Shown here piece by piece: positions 42,263-55,866 of a stretch of DNA of 64,000 nt. This DNA comes from Lama guanicoe. Lineage: Eukaryota. The stretch is from positions 124,001-188,000 of the forward strand of contig MU053810.1 of assembly GCA_013239625.1 (NCBI GenBank), written 5' to 3'. Position 1 is the stretch's first letter; each line of letters starts with the position of its first letter. Below the pieces are notes generated by a model. It searched no databases. It was not told the DNA's origin and was given only the letters and a program-made list of their open reading frames with translations. The translations under genes were made by a program, and so were the position numbers.

Positions 42263-42880
42263 ACAGTCCATCCCCACTACACGGGGATTCCATATTTGCA
42301 AATCTGCCTACTCGCCAAAATTCACGTGTACCCCCCAAATCAATGCTTAGGATGCTTCTGCGGTCATTTGTAGACACGCACAGAGTGGCCGGAACTTGGA
42401 GGTGCACGTGCCCAGCTGAGGTCAAACACGGCAACGCTCTGCCCTCTTGTTTGGTCTATGAGTGTAGTTTTCACGGTCTAGCCAGTGCCACGGTTTCCAC
42501 ATGTTTGTGCATTTTGTTGATTTCATTATTACAAATGGCCCCCAGGTGTCAGCGCTGAAGAGCTGTCCGGTGTTCCTAAGCACAAGAAGGCCAAGTGAGC
42601 CTCATGGGGAAATGTGTGCTAGATCAGCTTCCTTTAGACACGAGTTACAGTGCTGCTGGCCTGGCTTCAACGTTAATGAACTACTACTACATAAAGTGTC
42701 GCTGAACAGAGAGACACACATACAACAAGGCTAAGTATCGACCAGTTGATGTCAGCGCTGGGATCAGAGGCTCGCGGGAACCCAAATTCATTTTTTCCCC
42801 TGGGAGCAGCAGCTCAGCATTTGCTAATTCACACTCACCGCGACCTTATGGAACATAACTACTTGGCGTAATGAGAATCT
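42263..42880 (+). mobile_element. MER82-like (TcMar-Tigger) DNA transposon, near full length
   Basis: TA then cagtccatcccc...gattccatatttgcaaatctgcctactcg...cccagctgaggtc...gtgttcctaagcacaagaaggc...gaacataactac...atgagaatc, collinear with the recalled MER82 consensus. Confidence 0.8.
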
Positions 42881-42964
42881 CCCCACAATTCCAGATGCCT
42901 TCCTTACCTTTATCAGATCTGAACCCAAACCCCTGGTGATATTTCTGCAATGTCCTCCTCCACA

Positions 42965-43054
42965 TTTTTTTCCTTTTTGATGCAGGTACTGAGGGTTGAA
43001 CCCAGGACCTTGTGCATGCTAAGCACATGCTCTGTCACAGAGCTGCACCCTCCT
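42965..43054 (-). mobile_element. tRNA-derived SINE, camelid Vic-1-like
   Basis: Minus strand GGAGGGTGCAGCTCTGTGACAGAGCATGTGCTTAGCATGCACAAGGTCCTGGGTTCAACCCTCAGTACC plus A-rich tail; B-box-like GGTTCAACC; flanked by tcctcctcc on both sides. Confidence 0.8.
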
Positions 43055-43668
43055 TCCTCCTCCCATATCTTAATTAAAGGCCACTACACCCTTCCAGGTG
43101 CTCAGGTCAAAAACCTTGGAATTAACCTTGACTTCTCTCTTTCAAATCCGACTTTTACTTTTACAGAAATTCTTGGTGACATTATCTTCACATTATATTC
43201 CAAACCTGATGATTACTCATCACTTCCACTCTGCTGACCGGACTGAGTTCTCACTATTCTCACCTGGATAGTTCCAGAGACTTCTAACTGGTCTTCACCC
43301 TGGCCCTGCACCCCCATCATCTCTCCTTATCCCAGCCAGTCCCCTACAGGGATCCTGGTAAAAGTTCGATCATGTTGTGTCTTACTCAGAACCCTCTGAT
43401 GGCTTCCCACCTCCCAGTCTTGACAATGATTTCTAAGTCCTGGTCTGCACATGCTCTGCCCATTACTTCTCTGACTTCCTGTTTTCTCATCCTGTTCCTG
43501 TTGCTACTCCCCCCCCCACTCCTGCCTCAGGGCCTTTGCACCATCCTTGGAATGCTCTTCCTTCCCAAAACAGCATGACCAGCTCCTTCACATCTAGCAA
43601 ATCTTTACCCCATTGTCACCTTCTTGGTGAGGGCTGCTTGATCAGTGTATTTAAAATTACAACCCCCT

Positions 43669-43670
<2 letters not shown>

Positions 43671-43710
<40 letters not shown>
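43671..43710. repeat. Perfect (AC)20 microsatellite
   Basis: Seen directly. Confidence 0.97.
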
Positions 43711-43712
<2 letters not shown>

Positions 43713-46399
43713 ACTTTCTATTCTCTTTCCTGCTTTATTCTTCTCCATAGCACTTGTCACTATCTAAGATACTAATTAATATATTAAGCTGTTTGCTTAT
43801 AGTCTGCCTCTCTCTCACTCAAATGTTAAGTACTATGAGGTTGGGGATTTTTATCTGCTTTTTTTTTCTTTCTCCTGATATATCCCCACTGCTAGAACAG
43901 AAGGTGGGCACTAAATAAGTAATTTCTTGAATGATAAATAATGTAGCGCTTATCATACATCATTCAGTTTACTTGTTAACCCTCTGGCTCTCACAATTCT
44001 GTGAATCTTTGGCGGTCAGAAACTGTCTAATTCATATTTGTATTCATAACACCGAACTACTGTGTAGGACACATACCAGGAATTCCATAAATGCATGTTG
44101 AATGAATGGAAAGGGAGCTGAGGAAGAAAAATTGCTATTTCCATGAACCTTAGGTTTCTATTCAATTCAACAAGCACCTGTGCAAAGATGAGTACGACAC
44201 AGCCCCTGCTCTAGTGCAGTGGGGGACAGACACAGATAAATACAAACCCTGATGGGATGTGATCTAAGCCATGACAAGAAAAGGTAAAGAACCAGGATGA
44301 TAAAGGAGAGGATGGGTGATGGGAAAGCAACCAAAAGGGGGTCATGTAAGCTGGGTTTTGATGGCTGAATAGGAGCTTGCCATGCAGACTGTTATGGAGG
44401 AACAGCCCAAGCTCAGCTGCTCTCTGCCCAAGGCATGTCTGCGTGGACATGGCCTTGCCAATGTTGTCTCTTCCTTGCTCTAGAAGGTCTCCCAAGAGTC
44501 TTCTTGGTGCTTAATAAATACGAACACAGTATCACTATATTCCCATAGTCCATGAATTCCCTTTCCCCACTCAAAGAAAACTCTGTATCTGATGACAGAA
44601 TTACCCGATGGCTCTACTTGCCACCTTTTAGGGTGGTAAGGGCAAGGGCCACATCCAAACATCATTCCCAGTTCCCAGACTCATACACGTCCGACATCTA
44701 AACAGAACCAGACCGCTCGGACGGCAGCCACTCAGAAACCCAGAGAAAACCGCTATTCCATAGACTCTGCCAAGACACAAAAAAGCAAAAAGCAATTTAG
44801 AAAGTGCTAGAGATTTCCAACATCAGAGTCAAATGAGACAATGGTGTGATGCACGTGTAAATATGGACATTCTTTATCAGAACACCTAAATTGCAGCCCG
44901 AGAGCCTCGCTGGGAGGCTATAGCATCCCCAGTTCCCTGGCCCTCCATGGCCTGGGCAGTAGCCCCTGCAGAACAGAGCAAAGCCACTCTGGACAGGAGA
45001 CTGGCCCCATGACCTCACAGGCCTTTCCTTTTTCTGATGTCTATTATTCATCACAGTTGGAACAGGCTTTTTTTCCTCCCATCTCTTAAGAGAAATGAGA
45101 ATAAGTTTGTCTCATTCATTTTTATTTGCTGCTTGCTTGGTGGCTTGGACTGAACTGGAGAAATTCCACACACACACGCACTCACATTTCCACCCACAGC
45201 CCCCACCTCTGGGCATACACAGGGGTTACACATCATCTCTCATCACAGCTGCTGGGTCCCCCTGGTGGGGTCCGGCTCTTCCTGAAACCATCACTTTTTA
45301 CCCTACAACGGAGATGGCTAGCCCTACCATTAATCTCCCTCAGATGCACTGGCTTCTTAAACACGACCAGAACTCTGTCTCCTTCTCTGCCCAGTGCGTA
45401 TACACGACCCAGGGACAAAGTCCTGGCCTGCGACAGTCGAGGGCTAGGAGGTGCTGACTACACCCTTTCCTCCCCTGCCACCTTTCGCCCCATCTCGACA
45501 CCTCTTAAATCTCTATTGCTTCCTTCCTTCCCCCTCATTTTATTCTCTGTTCCCTCAGTTCTGTTCTTTTCACCTCCGAGTTCCTTTAAAAATGCAGGAG
45601 CTGTGACCTAACAGTGGTGACTTAACACCCATTGTCACGCAAGCACTTGAAGGGCCCTGAAGTGCCTCCAAGGTCATTCAGAGTTTCCCACAATGCTCTG
45701 GGCCCCAGACCAGTTTAGTGTGAGGCCTGCTTTCCTCAGCCTGCCGGTCTCATTCACTGTCCTCACCCCAGGGCCCAGGACAGCGTCTGGTACATGGCAG
45801 GCATTTTAATACACATTTGCGGGATGAACAAATACATTCACAGGTTTCAAAAATGTCACACACGGTTCCAATGGCCCTTCTCCAGGGCTGAGAAGATGGA
45901 AGAGGAGTCTTAGGATGTCAGTATCCAGATCTGCCTGCATTCTGTATGTCTGCGTTGTCAGCTTTGCCTGCATTCTGTATGTTATGTCTGTGACAAAGGA
46001 TGTGGGGTTCTGATTTTAGGAAAAACTTTAATTCTTGGCTTCTCTGGGGCAGATCAGGACTGGCTAATTACAGAGAGTGAGTTCATCAAGGTTTGAACCA
46101 GACTCCTCCCATCAATGTTTTCTTTCTAGCTGCTTCTATTGCAACATTTTCAGTGTTCCATGTGTGTCTGCACCTTACTGTTACCTCTGTGTGTCCCTGT
46201 AAGTCATTTGAAAACATAGATGCCCATGCAACACTTCTGGCCTTAGAACCTGGGAACTCATCCAAGTCAATTCCCGGCCTCCAGTCAGGCCCGCACCCAA
46301 GTCAAACAGGAGTTCTACCCAACTCTTAAAAGGTTTCAGGGGAAATCACTTCCCTTCAAACTTGTTCCAGTGTCTCTCAATCTTTTTATTCCTCCCTCA

Positions 46400-46624
<225 letters not shown>

Positions 46625-48029
46625 CTAGAAGGGAAGTTAGAAAAACAAAATTTACAAACCATGTTGAAAGCTGGGTTAACTGCGGGAGACTCACCCAGCC
46701 ACCAAAGCTTAAAGTCACAGCTGAAGAACAGATCTGAACTTTTGGACACAGTGAGCGCATTAAGAAAAGCAGTGTTTAATGAAAGCAATTCAGGGGGCCT
46801 GGCATGGTAATGGGCACTTACGGGTTTTCAATAAATGCTAGTTCCTTTCCCTCATTAGTATTTGGTCTACTTGAAAAAAACGAGCCGTTTATTGAGGCAA
46901 TTAGGAAGTGATTCCTCTCATGCTTGTCAGTTCATTTGGGTTAGGGGAGACACTCCGGGAGAGAAGGTTGCTTTCACGGGTGCTGTTCTGTTTCTCTTTT
47001 CTGACCCCTGTCAGCAACCTGTCTCTAACCCAAGGGACTCTCTCCTTGCCCTCAGGGACATCCGCATCCCGGGGTTCTGGCAGATGCATGGCACCCCCAC
47101 CCCTCCCTGGACAGCTGACACCCACTCGCTCGGCTCCCCGGGAGCAGTGGGAGGTCATCACGGAATGACTCAGAGTTGGAAGATCCAGCACTTTCTAGCC
47201 ACGTGTCCGAGGTACTCCAAGCTTCTGCTTGTCTATCTGTAGACCCTGGGTTGTGACGTTTCCTTGTCTGCCTCCCTGACTACATGTCGGAGCTCAGGCA
47301 GCAGTAATGCACGACGTGCAGTGAAGGCCCGAGGACAGCCCCATCTCCACTACAGCCCTGCATGCTGGGGGCGCCTCCAGGGCGTCTATGCGGGAGGGGC
47401 TTAAGCATGGCGGTCCTGGGGTCGACCCGGAAACAGTGCAGCTTTTGCAATTTTCTTATGGGAAACTGGGGAATCTGGTTGTTCCCAGCGAAAAAAATGG
47501 AGACAGGGCTTATGGAGACTGAAGGAGTTCACAGCCCCAGGGCCTGGGCCTGAACACAGGAGAGGTGCCTGCATGTTTTCGTTTTTCAACGTTGTTTCAA
47601 CTGATGACACCGTGGCTGAGGGAGACGAGGTCAAGGACTGACAGCTCCACCATCATCCAGTAACATGAACCTGCACTGGGAAAGCCGTTCCCCCCCCCCC
47701 GACGGTTCCTGCCCGGCTCCCCTCCCGACCCCAGGGGTGAAGCCATAGTCTCTCTTGTCAATGGTTTGTGGTGAATTTTTGGTTTCTAAGCATTGACTTT
47801 TCAAAGCTATTCTTAGGCAGAGTGACTACATTGTACATCCAAGACTTGGAAAAGTGTTGAGAAAAGTGGTTCCCAGCCTGGCTGTGCAGCAGAACCAGTC
47901 CCCTGTGAGGGCATGAAGCATCTTCAGCAATTTGAGACTGGGCCCAGGTCTCTGGGGCTTAGAAGTCCACGGGGGCTTGGGGGGTGGGCTTCAGAGGTAC
48001 GACCACTGCCGGGAAGAAATGGTGAGAAC

Positions 48030-48931
48030 TGACCAAGAGTCCCTCCTTGACCAGACTTCCGTCAGGCTCCTCTGCACCCTCTTCTCCACCCAGCCTTGAC
48101 CTTGGCCGTCTGTGTTCTTCCTGCTCTTGCCCCTCCCACAAAGCCCAGTCTTCGCAAGAATCTAGCCACCTCTCTGAGAGAGAACCCCTCTTCCCAGATA
48201 GCTCGTCAGGTTGCTCCACCCCTCTCCCCGACTTTTGATGATGTTGAAAAATAAATGATTCAGACACATGCGGAAAATCCTAAGGAAGGTTTTGTCCAGG
48301 GGAGCCCTCACTGCAGCGGGGTTTTGCAGTAGAAGAGGAAGATTCGACTCCACCCCTAACACAACAAGGACAAGTGGGGATTTACAGCCTGGGAGCCGGG
48401 TGGGGTCGGGGAGGGGAAATTACTAGGGAGGGTAAGGGGGATTCTGGCTGCACCAACTTAAGGAGTTTTGCAGAAGGCAGGTGAGGGGGGTCAGCCACAG
48501 AGGGCGGGGGAAAAAGGAATCTGATCAGGTTTCAAGGCTGGGGGTTTATCTTGACGGGACTCGCCGGGGTTCTTGCTAAGACCGGACTATGCGGGCAGCC
48601 AATCAACCAAGCGTGGAGCCCAAGGGCCAAGCCTGGTCAGAAAGCAGACTCCGTGGGGCCCGCCTCCGGTCTGGTCAAAGGACAGAGTCTGTCAATGTCC
48701 AGGTCCTTCGCCACATTTGACAAGAATCCCCTACCCTCGCTGTCTCCTCTCAGGGACTTTCCATCCATGGCCCCTCACTCTGCTCAGTGGATATACAGCC
48801 CCACATGGCCTCATTGAACTTGGAATGGAGCTCAGTTCCTTCCCCTAATGCAACACCCTTCTCACAACAGTCTTGAATAAAGCCTTCCTGACCATTTTAA
48901 CATGTCAGAATTGTTTTTTCTTTCTTTAACA
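48030..48931 (+). mobile_element. MER31-like ERV1 solo LTR (outer), interrupted
   Basis: TG...CA termini; 4-bp TSD GAAC at 48026-48029 and 48932-48935; start tgaccaagagtccctccttgaccagac; AATAAA near the 3' end. Confidence 0.8.
48242..48694 (-). mobile_element. MER31-like ERV1 solo LTR (inner), inverted
   Basis: TG...CA termini; flanks ATGA/ATGT; its reverse complement aligns by eye with both halves of the outer LTR. Confidence 0.78.
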
Positions 48932-49865
48932 GAACCTAAAGGAAAAAAAAAATACTACCCTTCACCCAAAAATAACATGACAAAAAGGAACAGAAAGGGA
49001 TGGTGTTTATCATTCACAGCGACATAACTTCTGTGGATGAAGCATCAGATTAGAAGAAAATCAAATGTATGCTGAGGAGGCTTTCAATGAGTTATAAAAT
49101 GGAATAAAATGGGCCAGTCAACAGTGGAAATAAAAATGACGGTTAGAAAGGGGAGGGAACTAATGGAACCCAGCAGCACGTGGTTCCTGTTTTCCCTGAA
49201 TGCTGACGGAGGAGCCTTCGATGAACAGTAAGAGTCCAATCATGCGTGCGGAGAGGACTTTTTTTTTTTTAAGTTTATGATTTTTCACCTTCCTGTCCCG
49301 GGACTCAATACAGCTGTAAAGTCAATGATCCCATGCTCCTAAACCAGGCTGCGTCCAGGCTGGAGATGGCCAAGGAACCCAGACCTCTCCTTCCTCCTAC
49401 AGGAGATTCATTTGGATCAATAAATTGCTCTTTTGAAGGACAAGTACCAAGGAGAGTTCAATTGACTGTTCCTTCTCAGCCTAGGTCTGTACTGTCTCAA
49501 GACTTAGAAAAGACAGCAGGGCTTTTCTTGGAGAGGGAGACGGGGGGAACAGGGGAGAAAGTGGGAGAGAAGACGGGCTCAGATAATCAGGCGGAGACCC
49601 TCCCCTTTGGCAGGAGGAGGGCTGTGGGGGGTGAGGGGCCAGGGAAGGGAGGGAATCCTACAGTTCTACCTGGGGTCCAGTGGGGCCTAGGACTCCCCTA
49701 AAAAATTATTTTTCTTTATTTTATGGCATCTCTGGAAGACAACTGGTGGCTAATACTTGACTTGGAATGTCCATTCCAACCCTTTAATACTTCACATAAG
49801 CTCTTAAAAGATCTGAATCAATACTTCCCATAAAGTTAATGTTATACATAATCATACTTCTAATC

Positions 49866-50058
49866 TAGTGATTCCCAAATGGGGGCAGTTTCACCCTCCA
49901 GGGGATATTTGGTAATGCCTAGAAATATTTTTGGTGGTCAGAAGTTTAGAAGGTGGTACCGGCTTAGAGGGTAGAGACCAGGGCTGCTGTTAAGCATCCT
50001 CCTCTGCACTGGACGCCCCTTCACAAAGAACAATCCAGCCCCAAATGTCAACAGAGCA
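49866..50058 (+). mobile_element. MER20-like hAT-Charlie DNA transposon
   Basis: ggggcagtttcaccctccaggggatatttggtaatg...gggtagagaccagggctgctgttaagcatcct...acaaagaacaatccagccccaaatgtcaa. Confidence 0.8.
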
Positions 50059-50881
50059 GCCCTGCCCTCATAGGAGGAGGCGGCAGTGGACATTTCCCTT
50101 GTTTTGATAAAAGGACAGCTGATCGTCTCTAGTGGCTTCCCGGGGCAAGAAGGCACAAGAATACCCTCCTGAAGGGAGAAGGAGGTAAACAGCCACGTGT
50201 GAGGGTAGGGTGGTACCCAAACTGCGCCCTAATCTTAAATGAAACCGATCATGTTCTCTACTGCACTGGCTTGCATCAGAGTTTGTTTTCATTTTCTTAG
50301 AGGTTTATGAAAATTCAATTTCCTAACCCCAACTTCCTCTGCATAGATCAAATCTCTTTGTGCCTCTGAAAAGTGGTCACAGAAAGGTTCTAAAATGGTC
50401 ATGTTCTTTCCACAATTATAACGCTGGTGATCTTCAAGCTCTGCAGGCTGGGAGTGGCACACACGTCTCCAGAAGCATCACGTGGGTGGAAATCACAGCC
50501 TCTCCCTGACAGCCAACCTGCCTTCCTAAATGGGAAATAAACATTGCCCATCTAGGAAATGGCTTGGTTTCTAATAAGGACAGACAACTTACCCTTCACA
50601 TCACATCTCCACGGTCAGCACACTACCTTGTTCAGAAAGAGTTGCCTGCTGTGTTCTGGAAGCACAGAACTGGCATCTTGTGTGGGCACAAGAGAGCAGA
50701 GCAGACACTGCTGCCCAGTTTAGAGGTGCCAGGTCAGCTTCCAGAGCCCTCACCTGGCCCTCAGAAAGACCTCCAGGTCCTCACGATTAACTACTGGTGC
50801 GCATGGCCCATGTCACCCACCAAGAAGTCTGCAAAGGGCAAAGGCTGTACGAACTCCATCAGCATTCCCAGATACCCCCAT

Positions 50882-51065
50882 CGGCGGTTCTCCCAGCGTG
50901 GGTCCCAGGCCAACATCAGCATGACCTGCAAACCCCTCAGAAGTTCAAGTTCCTGGGCCCCCGCCGCAGACCTGCCGAATCAGAACCTCCGGGCTGGGGC
51001 CAGTCATCTGCGTTTTCACAAGCCCTCCAGGCAGTTCTGATGCAGGCTAACATTTGGGAGCCACT
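50882..51065. mobile_element. MER5A-like hAT-Charlie DNA transposon
   Basis: catcagcatgacctg...cagacctgccgaatcagaa...tctgcgttttcacaagccctccagg...ttctgatgca...tttgggagccact. Confidence 0.8.
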
Positions 51066-51942
51066 ATCCTGGTCAATGGAAAATGGTAACAAGGAGAAAA
51101 GAAAACATTACAACGAGTCCCTATGAGAAGAAGACTACGCTATTTTGTACCTTGGTGCCCAGTACCGGTAACGGGCAGGTGTTAAATTTCTCTTTTAACA
51201 CCTGTTTATGACTTAGTCTTTAAGTTGACTTAGATTGCCCAGAGTCATGAATAGCATGGCTTCAGCACAATATAACCCCTGGGTTTCTGATGGGCGTGGG
51301 GAGTCTGTGTGCTGGGGTGGAACTGCTATCTTGACCAGCGCAGTGAGCTCTCGGGCTGGACCTGGAACTGCTAAGTAATGAAGCCATGTTACAGCCTTTG
51401 GTCAGCGAGGCTGCTTTTTTCTGTTCCTCAGATTGTACTGTAGGTTTGCTATCTACCCTTCGAGGACATCCACATAGCCCTTTGGGCCAAGGTGACCAAG
51501 TAGAGCCCAGATCCTTCCTTTACAGTGAGAGCTATTGGGGGAAGGCTGAATTATGCCAAAACCTCATAAGGAAAAGATAAGGAGGACCCCAGCAGACACT
51601 GGGAGAAAGCTGTAACTGTAGGTCAGGTAACCTAGCTTTCCTTTTATTAGCATTTTATTTCCCTCCTCTCTACTCATGCCCTCTACCCACTCCTCCCTTT
51701 CTTCCATGTGGTGTGTGATGCTGGGCTGGGAGAAGGTTCTTCAAGGCCTCTATGTCTTGAACAAAATTACTTTCTAGATAGGCTGGAAGCAATACACAGA
51801 CTGTCTGCCGGGGGCCCTTTGGCTGCTTCACAGTTATCAAATCTCTGAAACGATGCCAGCCCCATTGCTCTTCATCACCCTTCAAGCTACTTCTGGGTCC
51901 CAAAAACTCCAATAAGGAACACTAAACAATGCCCACCATTCA

Positions 51943-52257
<315 letters not shown>

Positions 52258-54482
52258 CTATCACTAAGACCTTTCAAGACGGTGAAAGACCCAAATTTTA
52301 TTTCAGAAATGAATCCATTTTCAGATTTAAAATTTGCCCCCTTATTCCCTGGAAGCTACACCAAGGAAGTGTTTGTGTCAGGGTAGCACAGCTGGTTCCG
52401 AATGATGAAAGGAAGTATAAACCAGGACCCATGGACTGAGAAGTCTCTCTTGGCTTCTGGATCCATCTTGCTGGGACAACAAAAAGTCAGAGTAACCTGC
52501 CAGAGTGCCAGCATCATCAGTGACAGGGAGATGAGACGGGATAAAACGTCTTCGCATGCGAGGGCAGCCTTAACGGGGTGGGGTAAGTAGGAGGGGGCCT
52601 GTGGGCAAAGCGGCAAGCGGCCCACAGGACGTCTGGGTTCTTGACCCACTTCTGCTCCTAACATGCTGAGAGGATGAGCACTCCTGCAATCTCTGGACCT
52701 CAGTCTTTTCAATCTGCAAAATGGGGGAGTGAATCTAGTCAGCCATTCCCTCAGAAGCATCAGAACCTCAAAGTGACTTGTGATTTACAAAAAAAGGAAG
52801 AACCACACTTCATTACATTGTTTTGCTTTGATTTTTGGTAAGAATATTTAATTTTAATTTGTTTTGAATTTCAGCTTTCAGTGACCGTTTTGTTTTTTTT
52901 CATTTATCGAAAGGGGGCCTAGGTTGCCAAAGGCCAAAAAGCCCTGGTGGACAACCTCTTAGAGACCCTTTCAGCTCTGATATTTGATGCTTCTGTGAGT
53001 TGAACAGAACTGTACAGTCCTGAATAGAACAATTCAACTAGCACCTTAGCCTTCAAGTTCGTGTACACTTCTCTAAGAGAAATAGTGTGCTTTGTTCAAA
53101 TAATTAAGCCATCTTGGAAATTAGCTTTAAGGGATATATCAGCATCATTTTAATAAAAATGAAACACATTTTCCAAAAACAAAATGGACAAGATTTGAGA
53201 TATTAAAATTCGAGATTCATAAACAACTTCTACAGCTTTAAAGACACCCCAGCAGTAACACGCATACACACACCCTCACACACAAAGCGATGACTCACTC
53301 TCTGCAAGTAAAGGCAAGTAACATTCAATGACTGAGCCACCGAAATGCTCTTTCAAAAAAAACTAATGGAACACAATTGCAGCTACAAAAGGCCTATGTG
53401 ATGTGCTAGCGTCTCTCACATTACCTATAGTCATTCCAAGCCATATTGTGCTTGGATAATGTCCTGTTTCCAAAGCAAACTGAGCAATCTAGATTAAAGG
53501 AGAACGACGCTCAGGAGAAAGAAAGCAATTCAAAGAATGAAAACAAAATTGAAACAACAGGGGAGCAGCTATATTTTGACGACCATGTTGTCTAAATGAT
53601 CCATCCTGAGGTAAACCAAAATCCCAAGACAGTCCCGCTCAGCAACTGACATCAAGTTCTCGCCAGGCTTCATTCTTCTAGAACCTGCTTCAACGACAGG
53701 ACGTCCCAGAGCTTGAGGATGTCCCACAGGGGATGCACTGCTGCCAGGCGTTGGGAGAACCTGCGTGCGTTCACTTCACTGAATCATTTATTCAGTCACT
53801 CACCCCACATTTACCGAGCACCGTTAGGTGCCAGCTTTCCCACGTGCAGTTAGTGTCAATCAGTGCGGCATCAGCTGTGCAGGAGAAAAAGTCTGTTTTG
53901 ACTGCGGTCCTCTCACCCCCACAGCGGCCCCGCTTCAGTAATGCCCCTTCCTAGTGTTCCAGGGCTTTCTCACTGCTGCTCTGCCTGCCACTCACATGCT
54001 CTGCAAGATGTGGAAGACTCAGGCAGCAAAGCCCCCCCCCACTTTAGCACCCCATGACCCGCCCTTTACCAGATCCTTTCCCTCCCCCAAACCTCATCCT
54101 TCCTGCTTCCCATTCTCTCAGCGTCCTCTCTTCTGCCCTGTGATAGAAGGTATTGGTAGCTACTGAATAGTACCGCTTTCACGGTGACAGGTCAGCAACG
54201 CAGGAAGAACTGCACCGTCAGACTTGAAGTAAAGATACTGCTGTCGTAGGTAGTGTCCGAGTTTCAATTTTCTGCACATTTACTATTTCACTTGTGAAAT
54301 TTCAAGTTGCACCAGGGCTCTATTTTTCTGAATACTGCTCGGAAAGAATTTGATTTCCTTAGAAACCGAGGAACAAGGGAAAAGTTTAAAACCTTTCCAA
54401 TTAAAAAAAAAAGTAACAATACTGATAAAAATGTCTTAAAGTTTGTAAATCACTTGATACTTTATACATTTCAAAAGGCCAC

Positions 54483-54862
54483 TGTTATAGACTGAATGTC
54501 CCCCGTCCCACCCATTTGTTTGTTGACGCTCCAACCCCATGTGATGGTACTGGGAGGTGGGAATCTGGGGAGGTAGTTAGGTTGAGTTCAGGACATGAGG
54601 GTGGGGCCCGATAGTGGGATTAATGTCTTTATAGGAAGAGTGAGAGACACCACAGTTCCACTTCGCCTTCTTTCTCTGTGCTGTGTGAGGGCACAGCAAG
54701 AAGGCGGCCATCTGTAAGCCAGGAGCAGAGCCCTTAACAGGATCCAAATCTGCCCGCACCTTGATCTTAGACCGCCCAGACTCCAGAACTGTGAGGTATA
54801 CATTTCTGTCCTTTACGCTGCCTGGTCTCTGGTATTTTGTTATGACAGCCTGAGCTAAGACA
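54483..54862 (+). mobile_element. MLT1A-like MaLR solo LTR
   Basis: tgttatagactgaatg...tgtgatggtactgggaggtggg...gccatctgtaagccagga...ctccagaactgtgag...gtattttgttatgacagcctgagctaagaca. Confidence 0.85.
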
Positions 54863-55866
54863 CCCAGTCATTTTCAAAATCGCAGACAACAGAACAGAAT
54901 TCCAGAATCACTGGTAAGGAAATAAGTGTAGGATGGTGGCGAGGGGCGTGCTGCATCTTCAGGCTGGCAGGACAAGCGAAGCTTGGGGCGGCTAGCTGCT
55001 GAGCGGACACGTTACGTTCTTAAGTCAACGTCCTTCTAGGGCAAACTTCCAATGGGGGTGGTTTAAAGGTTCTTGTTAGAAATGAAGTTCCCCAGCAAAG
55101 ACATGCAGAGCATCAGAATGCAGTTAGAAGGATCAGGGGTCAGGATTGGGGAAAAAGAGCAGAACCATAATAACAGGCCAGTAAATAAAATTACTTCATG
55201 GGATAGCTATGGGAGAGCAGTTCAATTTGGGGGGGGATGTAGGCATAGAAGGAAGCTGTCTACCCAAACATGAAGGGAGCAAAGACAGGAATATGGTTTG
55301 AAAATTCTCTACTCTTCTCTATTTAAACTTGGACATTTATTTCGAACAGACTGCCTTTGCAGTGAACTTGGGTTTGCCCAGTCTCTGATCTTCCTTGCCT
55401 ATTACATTGTCTTGGGATCACTGCGTGTGAATCTTTTAAACATGCAGAGATGAAATAGTTGGATGTAATCATCCCCCCCAAATTTTAAGTAATGCAAATC
55501 TCTTCAAATTAAAAAACAGTCAAGAAACAATTTCAAAGTTTCTGGATCAAGTAAACTGTACGGTTTGATTCCACTCTGGTATACTGCAGTGTACTAGACG
55601 TAACTGCCAGCGTCCCAGGCTCCCGTCGTGTGGCCAGTACTGGGCACACCATGCTGCTGTCTACATGCACTTGAACATCTCCATGTGATTTTGGTTGGTA
55701 TTATCCTCTTGTTTTAAGATTTACTGCTAATTACAATTTAAAATGTTTTACATCTTCTAACAGTATCATTCACACATTCGTTAAAAAAAATGGTACCTGT
55801 GCTAATGCTGAAATGTGGGCTCTGAAAATCCATCACTCTAGAAGAGAAGTTAGATTTAATAAAACA

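Larger units (their letters stand above)
41990..43930 (-). mobile_element. Degenerate L2 LINE hosting MER82-like, SINE and (AC)n insertions
   Basis: L2-like motifs: ccccaggactcagccctgggacc, gctcaggtcaaaaaccttggaatt, ctcagggcctttgcac, ccatagcacttgtcacta. Boundaries approximate. Confidence 0.7.

Noticed and set aside
42965..43054. tRNA gene
   Set aside because: Degenerate A-box, A-rich tail and flanking duplication indicate a SINE, and there is no complete cloverleaf.
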